34,849 nt of DNA from a virus (taxonomy: Duplodnaviria > Caudoviricetes): positions 1 through 34,849 of IMG/VR virus record IMGVR_UViG_3300044476_000214; one strand, 5' to 3'. A program made the translations under genes and the position numbers. The notes below the pieces were generated by a model that was given only the letters and a program-made list of their open reading frames with translations, did no database searches and was not told the DNA's origin. This document shows positions 26,922 to 34,849 of this stretch, one piece after another (the first letter of the stretch is position 1; each line of letters begins with the position of its first letter).

Positions 26922-26933
26922 AGTTAGTTAAGT

Positions 26934-27407
26934 TTAAGTATCATATTTTTTGCTAATCTTTTCAAACTCATCAGCCTTTTCTGCTGCAGCTCCGCCGATC
27001 TTCTGGCTGCTCACCGGGTCGAGACCGAATAAAGCAGCGATATCCCTGTAATTTTTCTGTGCATTATTGCGGATCGACACCCAGGGAGACTGCAAATAAT
27101 TACCTTTATCACTTATATACACCTTTCCGCTCTCCTTCATCTCCCTGGTTGCTTCTTCGTAAAGTGAAAACTCCTGAGCCATCAGGATCACAAGCTGAAC
27201 ATTGGCGACATTTAAAAGCTTCTTTTCAATGAGCAGCTTGCACGCATTCTTAAAATATTTTTTTGCTCTCTCATCCATCCATACTTCCGGTTTTGGAATT
27301 ATTGAGATAGGATCGAAGTTCAATACTTCAGTACTCCTATCCTTCCGGATAGTCCCGGAGAGCTTCTTTATCGTAGCCGGTATGGCTGGTCTCCCTACAT
27401 GTGGCAT
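26934..27407 (-). CDS. terS: Terminase small subunit, P27 family
   Basis: GRPAIPATIKKLSGT, PKPEVWMDERAK, QSPWVSI, FGLDPVS; likely start MPHVGRP at 27407. Confidence 0.9.
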   Translation of the reverse strand: MPHVGRPAIPATIKKLSGTIRKDRSTEVLNFDPISIIPKPEVWMDERAKKYFKNACKLLIEKKLLNVANVQLVILMAQEFSLYEEATREMKESGKVYISDKGNYLQSPWVSIRNNAQKNYRDIAALFGLDPVSSQKIGGAAAEKADEFEKISKKYDT

Positions 27408-27409
27408 GT

Positions 27410-27500
27410 ATACCCCCCCCTTGAATTTTGACACTGGCAGACGAAGACAGGGACTACGGTCTCAAGGGCTTTTTGCCCAGAGATTTGACCCCCCCCATGC
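27410..27500 (-). other. Candidate cos/packaging-initiation region
   Basis: Two G8 runs (27413-27420, 27489-27496) bracket a GC-richer segment (GGGGGGGGTCAAATCTCTG...) just upstream of terS, the usual cos position in HNH-terS phages. Confidence 0.5.
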
Positions 27501-27656
27501 TCATACTGATTATCAGTGAGTTGACTTGTTATTGTATTCAGTGTATTGCTATGCATAGTACTATGTATATACGTGATTAACAAATACCCTCTTTCCTTAC
27601 CATCCTGCTACTCCTATAGTGCTTTATTGTCATTTTTGCCCTGTTTTGTGCGTTAT

Positions 27657-28565
27657 TTAGTATGCATCATCCATTAGCCGTATAGCAGTACCATCCCTAC
27701 CACGCTCCTCTTCCAAGGCACGCTGATAGATCATTGTTGTTTCTACCTTACTGTGTCCAAGCATTGACATCACTGCCAGTATGTCTGCACCACTCTTTAA
27801 TGCAGTTATAGCAGCTGTATGTCTGAGTGAGTGAGCAGAGACCTTAACAGTATCAATACCTATGGATCTCAGGTACCTCTTAACTATCTTGCTTATGGTT
27901 ACTGATGTTATCCTTGTGCTCTTGCTTACATACGAATGATTGAGAAACATTGGGGAATCTTCCTGAAGCATGTGCTCTCCTATGTATGCAGCAATAGGAC
28001 TTACTATCTTTGTAGTAACACCAAGAGCTCTGTCCTTTGACCATCTGCCTTTGCCTTGTATATAGAACATCCAGCGCTCATCTTCTAATCTCAGATCCCT
28101 TACATTGGCACGTGCTACCTCAATGCATCGCATACCTGTCCGGATCATCAGGTTTATTATAGCATAATCCCTGAGTCCCTGAGTAGTGCTTCTATTGATC
28201 GATGCCAGGAGAGAGTTCACCTGGTTAATTTTCAGGTACTCCTTGCTGTATCCCTGCCCCTTCTTTGGAGACTTAACGCCAACAGTTATGTTCTTATGAA
28301 TATCTTCTTCAGCAAGGTATTTAAAGAACTGTCTTACTGATGCCAGGTAATTATCAACTGTAGATGGAGATCTCCCTGATTCAATCAACCATGTCTTAAA
28401 GCTTATGATTGTTTCTCTCTGCATCTTATTAACATCACCGTTTCTTGACAGCCAACCAATAAACACATGCAGGTTATCCCGATACTTCTTCCGGGAGTTT
28501 TCTCTGATATCCTGGTTAGCCAGGAACTCATCCATCAGCTGCAGTATAGGTTTATTGCTTCTCAT
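27657..28565 (-). CDS. Tyrosine recombinase (XerC/D-like)
   Basis: LRDYAII...TGMRCIE, QGKG, HSLRHT, MLGHSKVETTMIY give the full R-K-H-R-H-Y catalytic set. Confidence 0.93.
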   Translation of the reverse strand: MRSNKPILQLMDEFLANQDIRENSRKKYRDNLHVFIGWLSRNGDVNKMQRETIISFKTWLIESGRSPSTVDNYLASVRQFFKYLAEEDIHKNITVGVKSPKKGQGYSKEYLKINQVNSLLASINRSTTQGLRDYAIINLMIRTGMRCIEVARANVRDLRLEDERWMFYIQGKGRWSKDRALGVTTKIVSPIAAYIGEHMLQEDSPMFLNHSYVSKSTRITSVTISKIVKRYLRSIGIDTVKVSAHSLRHTAAITALKSGADILAVMSMLGHSKVETTMIYQRALEEERGRDGTAIRLMDDAY

Positions 28566-28855
28566 TTCGTTATATGCACTATTTCATTACCAATCTTATA
28601 CATGTCAATAGTATGATGCATGCCTATTGATCTGAGAATAACCTTTATATCAGCCTTTGTTCCTATCCTGTATTTCCCTGGCATTATCCTGAGCACCCAT
28701 AAACGGCACTTCCTTTTCTGAGATAGAATATCTGCTTTCTGTATTGCCTTCAGCTGCATCTCTAAATCAATCTTTGCGCCTGACTTGTACTTTCTCCGGA
28801 AGTTCCACATCTGGATCTTAATCTTAATGTCTCTGAGTTTTTTAAGTAGGTTCAT
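28562..28855 (-). CDS. Basic hypothetical protein
   Basis: 97-aa ORF overlapping both neighbours. Confidence 0.6.
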   Translation of the reverse strand: MNLLKKLRDIKIKIQMWNFRRKYKSGAKIDLEMQLKAIQKADILSQKRKCRLWVLRIMPGKYRIGTKADIKVILRSIGMHHTIDMYKIGNEIVHITK

Positions 28856-29183
28856 TCGAGTGTGTTTTTTTATATTGTTTTATTAAAATCTTATCCTGTG
28901 CTGCTTTGATGTTATTATGCCTTTTACAGATCGCATCCCAGTTCCTACGGTCCCAGGGATCTTCACATATCTCAAGGGGAACCTTGTGATCGGTGACCTC
29001 CGATGGGTAAACAATCCCTTCTTCTACACATTTTGAACACAAAGGATTCTCCTGGCGAAAGAGCCTGCTCTCTTTTGTCCATCTCGATGTATGGTAAAAA
29101 TCTACTCTGACTCTTTGTGCCATTGGCGCTTGCTGTATTGCTCTTGTATTCCACGGTCTGGTTTTTGCTTTAGGTTTATCCAT
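28842..29183 (-). CDS. Packaging-associated HNH endonuclease (HK97 gp74-like)
   Basis: FYHTSRW...NPLCSKC...VTDHKVP...WDRRNWDAICKRHNNIK; start re-called at 29183. Confidence 0.85.
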   Translation of the reverse strand: MDKPKAKTRPWNTRAIQQAPMAQRVRVDFYHTSRWTKESRLFRQENPLCSKCVEEGIVYPSEVTDHKVPLEICEDPWDRRNWDAICKRHNNIKAAQDKILIKQYKKTHSNEPT

Positions 29184-29184
29184 C

Positions 29185-29526
29185 TTAAAAAAATCTTCCG
29201 CCTCGTTTAATGGGATAGCTACCTGCAAACCTTAATACCAGGTACCTGTCAATTTTTCTATGAAGATCTTCACATGCAAACAGGTTTATAAAACTGATAG
29301 TGATATCAACTCCATTAAACTCAAAAAAGGCTGATTCATCTACAAAATATGCCTCTGAATCTATTACCCCTCTATTCCTGAGCTCTTCATATAAGAATGC
29401 CGGCATAGTTAAATCGTGCTTGTATTTTTTCGGGCGAGACTTACCTCTCTGTACAACTTCAACTATAAAACCGAAAGTGTCTCTACGGCTTTCTGCTTTA
29501 ATTAGTTGCTGAGTAGTTTCTTTCAT
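29185..29526 (-). CDS. Hypothetical protein
   Basis: Start re-called at 29526 (MKETTQQ), directly after the small membrane ORF. Confidence 0.6.
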   Translation of the reverse strand: MKETTQQLIKAESRRDTFGFIVEVVQRGKSRPKKYKHDLTMPAFLYEELRNRGVIDSEAYFVDESAFFEFNGVDITISFINLFACEDLHRKIDRYLVLRFAGSYPIKRGGRFF

Positions 29527-29528
29527 AG

Positions 29529-29660
29529 CTAAAAAAATATTAGGTAAATAGCTGCGATAAATAGCATCACAGTTGCAAGCACGCCGAAAGCAATTATTAT
29601 CACCAGGCATCCTCCGCTACCAGCATAGCTGCTTATATATTCTTTCTCTGTTGTTTTCAT
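29529..29660 (-). CDS. 43-aa single-TM protein (absent from ORF track)
   Basis: MKTTEKEYISSYAGSGGCLVIIIAFGVLATVMLFIAAIYLIFF; fills the gap between flanking genes almost exactly. Confidence 0.6.
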   Translation of the reverse strand: MKTTEKEYISSYAGSGGCLVIIIAFGVLATVMLFIAAIYLIFF

Positions 29661-29668
29661 ATTTTAAA

Positions 29669-30196
29669 TTATAGGTAGTTTGTAACAAGAGGAGTTTTAT
29701 GAGCTGCAATATCTTCAGTAAGCTTTTTTAATGAGATTTTATCCCATTCGCTCCTGGTAATTTTTCCGCTATTCAGCCATTCTATCTTCTGATTAATGGC
29801 TTTTCCCATTGGATATTTACGCAGATCCATTACAATCTCTGAGGTCGGAGACTGAAGCTTTTCTTTTGCCTGGTCTCTGTTATACTCAAGGCTTATTTCA
29901 CCAAGCCAGTGATATACTGTTTTTGGTGCAAGTATTCCGGCACCATAATGCCCCAGAGAGCCCTTAACTATTCCAGAGGCTATATAACAAACAGGGATGT
30001 ATGAATAATAACTTCTTACTATCTCAACAGATCCCTCGTTTGTTTTCTCTTTAACCAGGCATCCCATATTGAGTGAGGCTTTCTCCAGGAAGAGGTTAAT
30101 AAGATACTTCATGTTATCAGCCGGCACATCCTTAACAAGCCAAGTCGAGTATACCTGGTAATTATTATCTTCCTGAAAATTGTTATTTTTTTGCAT
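29669..30196 (-). CDS. Hypothetical protein following the replication initiator
   Basis: 175 aa; overlaps the initiator stop; position of a helicase loader (inference only). Confidence 0.6.
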   Translation of the reverse strand: MQKNNNFQEDNNYQVYSTWLVKDVPADNMKYLINLFLEKASLNMGCLVKEKTNEGSVEIVRSYYSYIPVCYIASGIVKGSLGHYGAGILAPKTVYHWLGEISLEYNRDQAKEKLQSPTSEIVMDLRKYPMGKAINQKIEWLNSGKITRSEWDKISLKKLTEDIAAHKTPLVTNYL

Positions 30197-30920
30197 GTGC
30201 TAAGGGTATTGGTGGAGGAACTAATTCAACTGAAGGCTTATCAAGGTTCTCGGGCTTAAACCATACGGTATTCATCTTCTGCTTCCAGTTAATAACCTGA
30301 TGCCCATTGGTATCGTGCCAGTTTGCAAGAGCATAATGATTGAATGCTTTTACTGCAGAAGCTTCAGAGTATTCATGTTCTTTAAAAAATATAATAACTT
30401 CAGAAAGAGATGGAGGTGTGAAGTCTTTATTCTTCTTCTCTCTTTTATTTCTACTATTATCTTTTCTACTCTTCTGTACTATACTATCCTCTACTATACT
30501 ATCCTCTACTCGTTGAGCATCCGTTGAACGACCGTTGAGCATCCGTTGAACGACCGTTGAATCTGATCTTCTTTTTTCAGCAGATTTTATCCCTGCAAGC
30601 CTTCTTTGTTCTCTGAACTTACCGAGTCCTATCATCCTCTCGTTTAGCGATAAACTAAAAAAGTTATTATCTAAGTCAATTTCGAACAAACCATAAAAAC
30701 TAACAACTGTTTTCATCTTTTCTCCGCTGGTATTATATCGCCTTGCAAGTATCGGAAGAAGCTCCATCGGGTACTTATATTCTGGCTGATCCCTAAGCGT
30801 TTCAATTAAAACCCAGTAAATTCCATATCCTTCAAGTCCTAATTGATCTATCAGCTTCATCGACTTTACATCATCCTTCGCATTACTGTCGTGCGAAAAC
30901 CAAAAAGCATCTTTTTTCAT
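30183..30920 (-). CDS. Replication initiator (DUF4373/Lin1244-like N-terminus)
   Basis: WFSHDSNAKDD...GLEGYGIYWVLIETL; C-terminal FTPPSLSEV...FNHY...W...NWKQ; internal iterons. Confidence 0.8.
   Translation of the reverse strand: MKKDAFWFSHDSNAKDDVKSMKLIDQLGLEGYGIYWVLIETLRDQPEYKYPMELLPILARRYNTSGEKMKTVVSFYGLFEIDLDNNFFSLSLNERMIGLGKFREQRRLAGIKSAEKRRSDSTVVQRMLNGRSTDAQRVEDSIVEDSIVQKSRKDNSRNKREKKNKDFTPPSLSEVIIFFKEHEYSEASAVKAFNHYALANWHDTNGHQVINWKQKMNTVWFKPENLDKPSVELVPPPIPLAHAKK
30477..30561. repeat. Iteron-like direct repeats (candidate origin)
   Basis: TACTATACTATCCTC x2 (30477-30506); CGTTGAGCATCCGTTGAACGAC x2 (30511-30554); CGTTGA occurs five times at 11-bp spacing. Confidence 0.8.
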
Positions 30921-30923
30921 AAC

Positions 30924-31163
30924 CTACTGAGTTATTTGCTTCTTATTGTCAATTTCCATAAACCCGGTTGTAGGATAAAATCCGTCGAGTTTATCTTTTA
31001 CCTTTATGAAATCGATCTCTAACTTTGCTGAGTTAATTATTACCTGGCTTACATCGGCAATAGTTTTTGCCTTATCGACAGTCATTTTAGGATCGTCTTT
31101 TTTTAGCATCTCAATAGTATCAAAGAGATGGTCTCTCAGATCCTGAATTTTATTCTTTGTCAT
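30924..31163 (-). CDS. Small helical phage protein coupled to the HNH gene
   Basis: DLRDHLFDTIEML...AKTIADVSQVIINSAKLE; overlaps the HNH stop. Confidence 0.7.
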   Translation of the reverse strand: MTKNKIQDLRDHLFDTIEMLKKDDPKMTVDKAKTIADVSQVIINSAKLEIDFIKVKDKLDGFYPTTGFMEIDNKKQITQ

Positions 31164-31791
31164 TTATGGTCCGGGTTAGTTTTTTTAATATTTTCATTGT
31201 CGATCGTAACTCCTCAGGATACCTTGTTATTGAGTTTCTTAACATATGCTCCCGGCGGGTAATAATCTCCATATTACTTACATCACAGTTCATCCGGTCC
31301 GATGTCTTAAACACTACAATAAAACCCTCAGGAACGGGTCCATTTTCTTTCTCCCAGTTATATACATGAAGAGCTTTCCATACTCCCAGTGAAACTCTGA
31401 TAAATTTGTATACATGGTTATTCTTATCCTTACGAACCCTTATCTCTCCATCAGAAAGAGTATTATGCGGAAGATGCCCCTGAGCAAACCAGCTCTTTGA
31501 AATTGATTCAATCCCTTTCTGAGTCATAAACTCCTCGAGTTTTTTCCCCTTGTTGAACGGTCTCTGTCCTTTCTTAAACTGAGTTGCTGCAAAATTATGT
31601 GTGGCACGTGTTAGTCTTCCGGAGTAAACAGATCTGTTAAACTCCTCTGATTTTTTTAAATTCATTTGTCTGGCAATGTTGTATATAGAAGATATAGGTC
31701 TGTTTAAAACCTCTGTAATCTCCCTGGCTGTATAATCAGGATACAAAACACGGAGTATCTCTATTTCACTATTTGTCCAGCTCTTTTTCAT
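31150..31791 (-). CDS. HNH endonuclease-like protein with N-terminal HTH
   Basis: WTNSEIEILR HTH, TQFKKGQRPFNKG, LHVYNWEKENGPVPEG...MNCDVSNM; likely start MKKSWT at 31791. Confidence 0.75.
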   Translation of the reverse strand: MKKSWTNSEIEILRVLYPDYTAREITEVLNRPISSIYNIARQMNLKKSEEFNRSVYSGRLTRATHNFAATQFKKGQRPFNKGKKLEEFMTQKGIESISKSWFAQGHLPHNTLSDGEIRVRKDKNNHVYKFIRVSLGVWKALHVYNWEKENGPVPEGFIVVFKTSDRMNCDVSNMEIITRREHMLRNSITRYPEELRSTMKILKKLTRTINDKE

Positions 31792-32093
31792 GCTAACCTC
31801 CAGCAATGATTATCTGCACCATATTCTCCGGGCTTCATTACATCTGTTTTAATAAGCAGATTAGCCTCAGTGAGGGTGTTTATTGCCCTGCGGATACTTG
31901 TTATAGGATAATGCATCAGATCGGCTTGCTGCTGGACCTCAAATGGAGTGAAATACCCTTTCGGGTTACTAATGAAAAAGCGTATGATTTCTACACACTG
32001 ACCCCGGGCTGACTGATGCCTTTTTAACAGGTCAATTCCCTTAATATGGGTTGTGTTATAGAACAAATCGAGCTGTGGAGAGTTACTATTCAT
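31788..32093 (-). CDS. Winged-HTH DNA-binding protein
   Basis: FTPFEV...PITSIRRAINTLTEANLLIKT...W. Confidence 0.65.
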   Translation of the reverse strand: MNSNSPQLDLFYNTTHIKGIDLLKRHQSARGQCVEIIRFFISNPKGYFTPFEVQQQADLMHYPITSIRRAINTLTEANLLIKTDVMKPGEYGADNHCWRLA

Positions 32094-32674
32094 AGCCTTA
32101 CTTTCTGACCGTTAATAATGAGGTTTATTTCAATGTCGAGCGAAAGTTTTTGAGTATTGACAGGAAACATATTTGGAGGTGTTTTCTTCATATTATCCAG
32201 AGTGTCCATTAGTTTCTCATTCTCTTTCAGTAACTGTAAGATCCGTGCAGTGCTTTTATCTGCCTCTTCTTTATAATAAGAAAGCTTAATTATTGCATCC
32301 GGAGCTGGGTTTAATGGATGCATATCCGTATCTGCAACAGCAAAATGTTCATCGCTTTTAGAAAAAGTTGACTGCAGCTTCTTTCTATCAACCTTATTAT
32401 CAACTTTTACAGGCTTCTCTTTCTCTTTCGGCTTATATATCTCCTCCCCTTCAGGTATCTGAAAGTTTGCGAGTAGATCTCTTGTCTGGAACCACTCATT
32501 AAATCTATCCCATACTTTTGGTGTTATACCCTCCCATGAAGATTCATTTTTTAACATACTCACATAACACGGATGAATATTAAGCAGTCTGGCTGCTTCT
32601 CTGTTTGGCAGGCTCTCTCTGTCAATAGCTGACATCAGCTTTTCTTTAATTCCAACTCTGTCGATTGTGCTCAT
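32090..32674 (-). CDS. Hypothetical protein with N-terminal HTH-like region
   Basis: LPNREAARLLNIHPCYVSMLKN. Confidence 0.6.
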   Translation of the reverse strand: MSTIDRVGIKEKLMSAIDRESLPNREAARLLNIHPCYVSMLKNESSWEGITPKVWDRFNEWFQTRDLLANFQIPEGEEIYKPKEKEKPVKVDNKVDRKKLQSTFSKSDEHFAVADTDMHPLNPAPDAIIKLSYYKEEADKSTARILQLLKENEKLMDTLDNMKKTPPNMFPVNTQKLSLDIEINLIINGQKVRL

Positions 32675-32679
32675 ATAGG

Positions 32680-32988
32680 TTATTGTGTTAAATCATCCTC
32701 ATAAAACATCTGTAATCCGCAATACCTGGCTGTCATTTCTTCTACCTTAGATCCTTCGCTGAACTTATTATCGTTTAACAAAAGGATTCCATCGCAGTCA
32801 ACAAGTAGTGGAAGAAGTATCTTCATCGCATCTTTATTGGCAGATCCTTCCGGTACAATATCCATGGGGTTAACAAAATCGAAGGTATTCTGCATACACA
32901 GGCGCTTACCTCTTTCAAAGTTTTTAACAGCTTCAGAGCGCTTAAGGCCGGTTACTCGACCCGAAATAAATAGCTTCATAGATCTCAT
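32680..32988 (-). CDS. DUF4406-family (nucleoside deoxyribosyltransferase-like) protein
   Basis: LFISGRVTG, VNPM, LVDCDGILLL, SEGSKVE. Confidence 0.75.
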   Translation of the reverse strand: MRSMKLFISGRVTGLKRSEAVKNFERGKRLCMQNTFDFVNPMDIVPEGSANKDAMKILLPLLVDCDGILLLNDNKFSEGSKVEEMTARYCGLQMFYEDDLTQ

Positions 32989-33335
32989 ATATCAGTTAGA
33001 ATTATTGATTCTCTTATATCGTTTATTTCTTTTAATGTCTTTTTACCACAATTTTTGAGACTCAAAATATCTTCATCCGAAAACGTCATAAACTCCAAAA
33101 CAGTAAACTTTTCATCAAGAAAACCCAAAGCGTTACAAGTACGATTAGTCAGTTCAAAGTTATACCTGTTAAAAAACCATTTTTCACCTTCACCTCTGAA
33201 CCAATAAAATGGATTTCCCATACTCTCTTTTGCACTTACAGTTCTCTTTCCTTCTAAGCCATACTTTGTAGTTTCTTCATTATAAATTCTAATTATATTT
33301 AATGCATTAGAATACTGTTCTTTGGTATATTTCAT
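32985..33335 (-). CDS. Protein with RNA polymerase alpha C-terminal-domain-like fold
   Basis: ELTNRTCNAL...TVLEF...SDEDILSLKNCGKKTLKEI parallels alpha-CTD ELtvRs.NcL...ll.+.NlGkKsl.EI. Confidence 0.65.
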   Translation of the reverse strand: MKYTKEQYSNALNIIRIYNEETTKYGLEGKRTVSAKESMGNPFYWFRGEGEKWFFNRYNFELTNRTCNALGFLDEKFTVLEFMTFSDEDILSLKNCGKKTLKEINDIRESIILTDI

Positions 33336-33344
33336 AATAGGGGG

Positions 33345-33542
33345 TTATTTAGTAGTTTCAGATTCTGCTTCAGTAAGCTCTTTAATAATTATGTCGTTCA
33401 GATCCTTTACCACACCAATAAGCTTCACATTAATTGTAGAAAGCTGGGCATTGCCATTCAGGTGCACATTACAATCTTTCAGAAGCGTAACAGCATCGTT
33501 GTACAGGTCGGGAGTAGTTATTTCTTTCATAGTTAGTTGCAA
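33345..33542 (-). CDS. Hypothetical protein
   Basis: Short ORF within the early operon; start uncertain. Confidence 0.5.
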   Translation of the reverse strand: MQLTMKEITTPDLYNDAVTLLKDCNVHLNGNAQLSTINVKLIGVVKDLNDIIIKELTEAESETTK

Positions 33543-33757
33543 TAAATTACTGAATCAGAAAAATCAGCAGTAGAATAATCTTTCCGCAGTTTAGCAGCTG
33601 TATTACATTGCGGAGTACGAACTATCACTTCCATATGAAGTTTGAGCCTGAGGTTTTTCCGCTGCAGATGCCTGAGCTCTTTTTCATATGCCTTCAGAAG
33701 ATCTTCCTGGGCTTTAATCACCAGGGCTAGTCCGAGTTCTTTTTTATTAACGTCCAT
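33533..33757 (-). CDS. Hypothetical coiled-coil protein
   Basis: Start re-called at ATG 33757 (MDVNKKEL), downstream of a GC-rich hairpin. Confidence 0.55.
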   Translation of the reverse strand: MDVNKKELGLALVIKAQEDLLKAYEKELRHLQRKNLRLKLHMEVIVRTPQCNTAAKLRKDYSTADFSDSVIYCN

Positions 33758-33771
33758 CTTTATATAAATTA

Positions 33772-33828
33772 TGCCAGGCCCGGGGGCAAAACAACGCTTC
33801 AACGTTTCTTCCCCCACGGCACCCGGCA
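33772..33828 (-). promoter_or_regulatory. Long GC-rich intergenic RNA hairpin
   Basis: Nested pairings TGCCGGG/CCTGGCA, GGGGG/CCCCC and AACG/CGTT in an AT-rich background. Confidence 0.55.
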
Positions 33829-33830
33829 GG

Positions 33831-34091
33831 TTAATTATTGGCTAAGGGTTCTCCAGTCCATGCGTTTATATTAAACTTCTCAAAATAATTTTCAATCTGC
33901 TTAATCTCAAATACACGAAACGGGCGCTTACCTCTTAATTTAGCCTGGAATGTAGCTGCATTCCAGTAACACAGACTGCAGATATCTTCTTTTGCCTGCG
34001 GCATTAACTTATATGGCAGAGAATGGTAAGCCTCCTTAAATCCACCCACTTTAATCTCTCTTCCTATTTCAACTTGTTTTACACTTTCCAT
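33831..34091 (-). CDS. Small Cro-like DNA-binding protein (tentative)
   Basis: 86 aa; ICSLCYWNAATFQAKLRG...FEIKQIENYF resembles an HTH; near the start of the early operon. Confidence 0.5.
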   Translation of the reverse strand: MESVKQVEIGREIKVGGFKEAYHSLPYKLMPQAKEDICSLCYWNAATFQAKLRGKRPFRVFEIKQIENYFEKFNINAWTGEPLANN

Positions 34092-34095
34092 TTTT

Positions 34096-34620
34096 TTAAC
34101 TCTTTCTCGCTTTTTTTACTTTCAAAGTATTCATCTGGGGCTTGATCCCTATTGATAAAAATTGCTCATTATACATATCAATCAGGTGTATTTTTAATTC
34201 ACACCTGCGCTTTGTAATTGTATCTTTCCTGCAGGAAGCCTTTTCAAACATTATTCTAAAGGCACTTTTAAGCTCTTCTAAACAATTTAATATTGATTGA
34301 AATAGAATAACGTCGTGGTTAGGACTTCCTTCGTGTGAATGCATCCAGGCAAGCCTGTTTTGAATAAAATCAACAGAGTTGTTCATCATAAACTTAAACT
34401 TGAAATCTTTATCGGCCAGGTAATAAAGCCTGTAAAACTCTTCGAGTGAGTTAAACTCCTCTGTAATAAATAGAATAGACTGCTCAATCTCCTTACCGAC
34501 TCTTACAATGAAATCATTGGCTTGCCTGCGATTATTAAACGAGAATTTATTTTCGCTATCAAAATAAACGACATACTTTTTATTAAGCAGCATGGGCCGA
34601 TTAAGGATGATCTTATTCAT
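34096..34620 (-). CDS. Hypothetical protein, first gene of the leftward operon
   Basis: 174-aa ORF downstream of the AT-rich control region. Confidence 0.65.
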   Translation of the reverse strand: MNKIILNRPMLLNKKYVVYFDSENKFSFNNRRQANDFIVRVGKEIEQSILFITEEFNSLEEFYRLYYLADKDFKFKFMMNNSVDFIQNRLAWMHSHEGSPNHDVILFQSILNCLEELKSAFRIMFEKASCRKDTITKRRCELKIHLIDMYNEQFLSIGIKPQMNTLKVKKARKS

Positions 34621-34701
34621 AATTTGACATTAAAGACACTGACTTCTTTAAATATTGCTTTTTTATATTTCATTTTCATAAACTTTTGTTAATTTTTATT
34701 A

Positions 34702-34734
34702 AAACAAAAAAGCAAACCGTCGCGGGTTTGCTTT
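34702..34734 (-). terminator. Rho-independent terminator-like hairpin upstream of the early operon
   Basis: Perfect 10-bp inverted repeat AAAGCAAACC (34709-34718)/GGTTTGCTTT (34725-34734) running into TTTTTTGTTTT on the minus strand. Confidence 0.7.
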
Positions 34735-34849
34735 CCTTTAATGCTTAAAAATCGTTAAACCTATAGTCTATTGATTTTTAGCTCATTTTCTCTATTTAAT
34801 AATTTATTAATTATAGGAAAACAACCCTTCACAAACATAAAATATTATT

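Larger units (their letters stand above)
1..34849 (-). mobile_element. HK97-like siphophage/prophage genome (near complete; repressor and att sites not seen)
   Basis: Co-oriented terminase, portal, protease, capsid, head-tail, tail, tape measure, lysis and replication modules; no host housekeeping genes. Confidence 0.95.

Noticed and set aside
27520-27656. dif-like site next to the recombinase
   Set aside because: No recognisable 11-6-11 XerC/XerD consensus; only short palindromes.
1383-33573. Many plus-strand ORFs (e.g. 11646..12353, 24925..25521, 21101..21559)
   Set aside because: Antisense shadows of well-supported minus-strand genes, with no recognisable motifs.
34700-34745. GCAAACC hairpin as a c-di-GMP-I riboswitch
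   Set aside because: Lacks the GAAA-loop/second-stem architecture; a simple terminator explains it.
1-34849. tRNA, rRNA or IS elements
   Set aside because: None recognised; intergenic gaps are small and no transposase ORF is present.

Overview
This window is nearly all of a temperate-type, HK97-like long-tailed phage, probably from a Bacteroidota host (inferred from SC lipoboxes, a signal peptide ending AQ, and AT-rich start contexts without Shine-Dalgarno sites). Almost all genes are on the minus strand, in the order early/replication, HNH, tyrosine recombinase, terS, a ~5.4 kb insert, terL, portal, protease, capsid, head-tail, tail, tape measure, tail tip/fibre and lysis. A three-gene plus-strand membrane/secreted cassette sits at the left end. 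The main result is a diversity-generating retroelement (DGR) inside the terS-terL insert. It has a DGR-type reverse transcriptase, an 83-bp template repeat and two tandem small paralogous targets. Their variable repeats differ from the template only at adenines (16/16 and 14/14 mismatches). The targets are not tail fibres, no Avd is recognisable, and a beta-rich 103-aa ORF is coupled to the RT instead. A glycosyltransferase/methyltransferase cluster lies directly upstream, and a fourth glycosyltransferase sits in the tail module. Also present are a verified -1 frameshift path in the tail chaperone, 11-bp phased iterons in the replication gene, an RNA polymerase alpha-CTD-like protein and a unimolecular-spanin-like gene. 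Protein assignments come from motif recognition by eye; no database searches were run.
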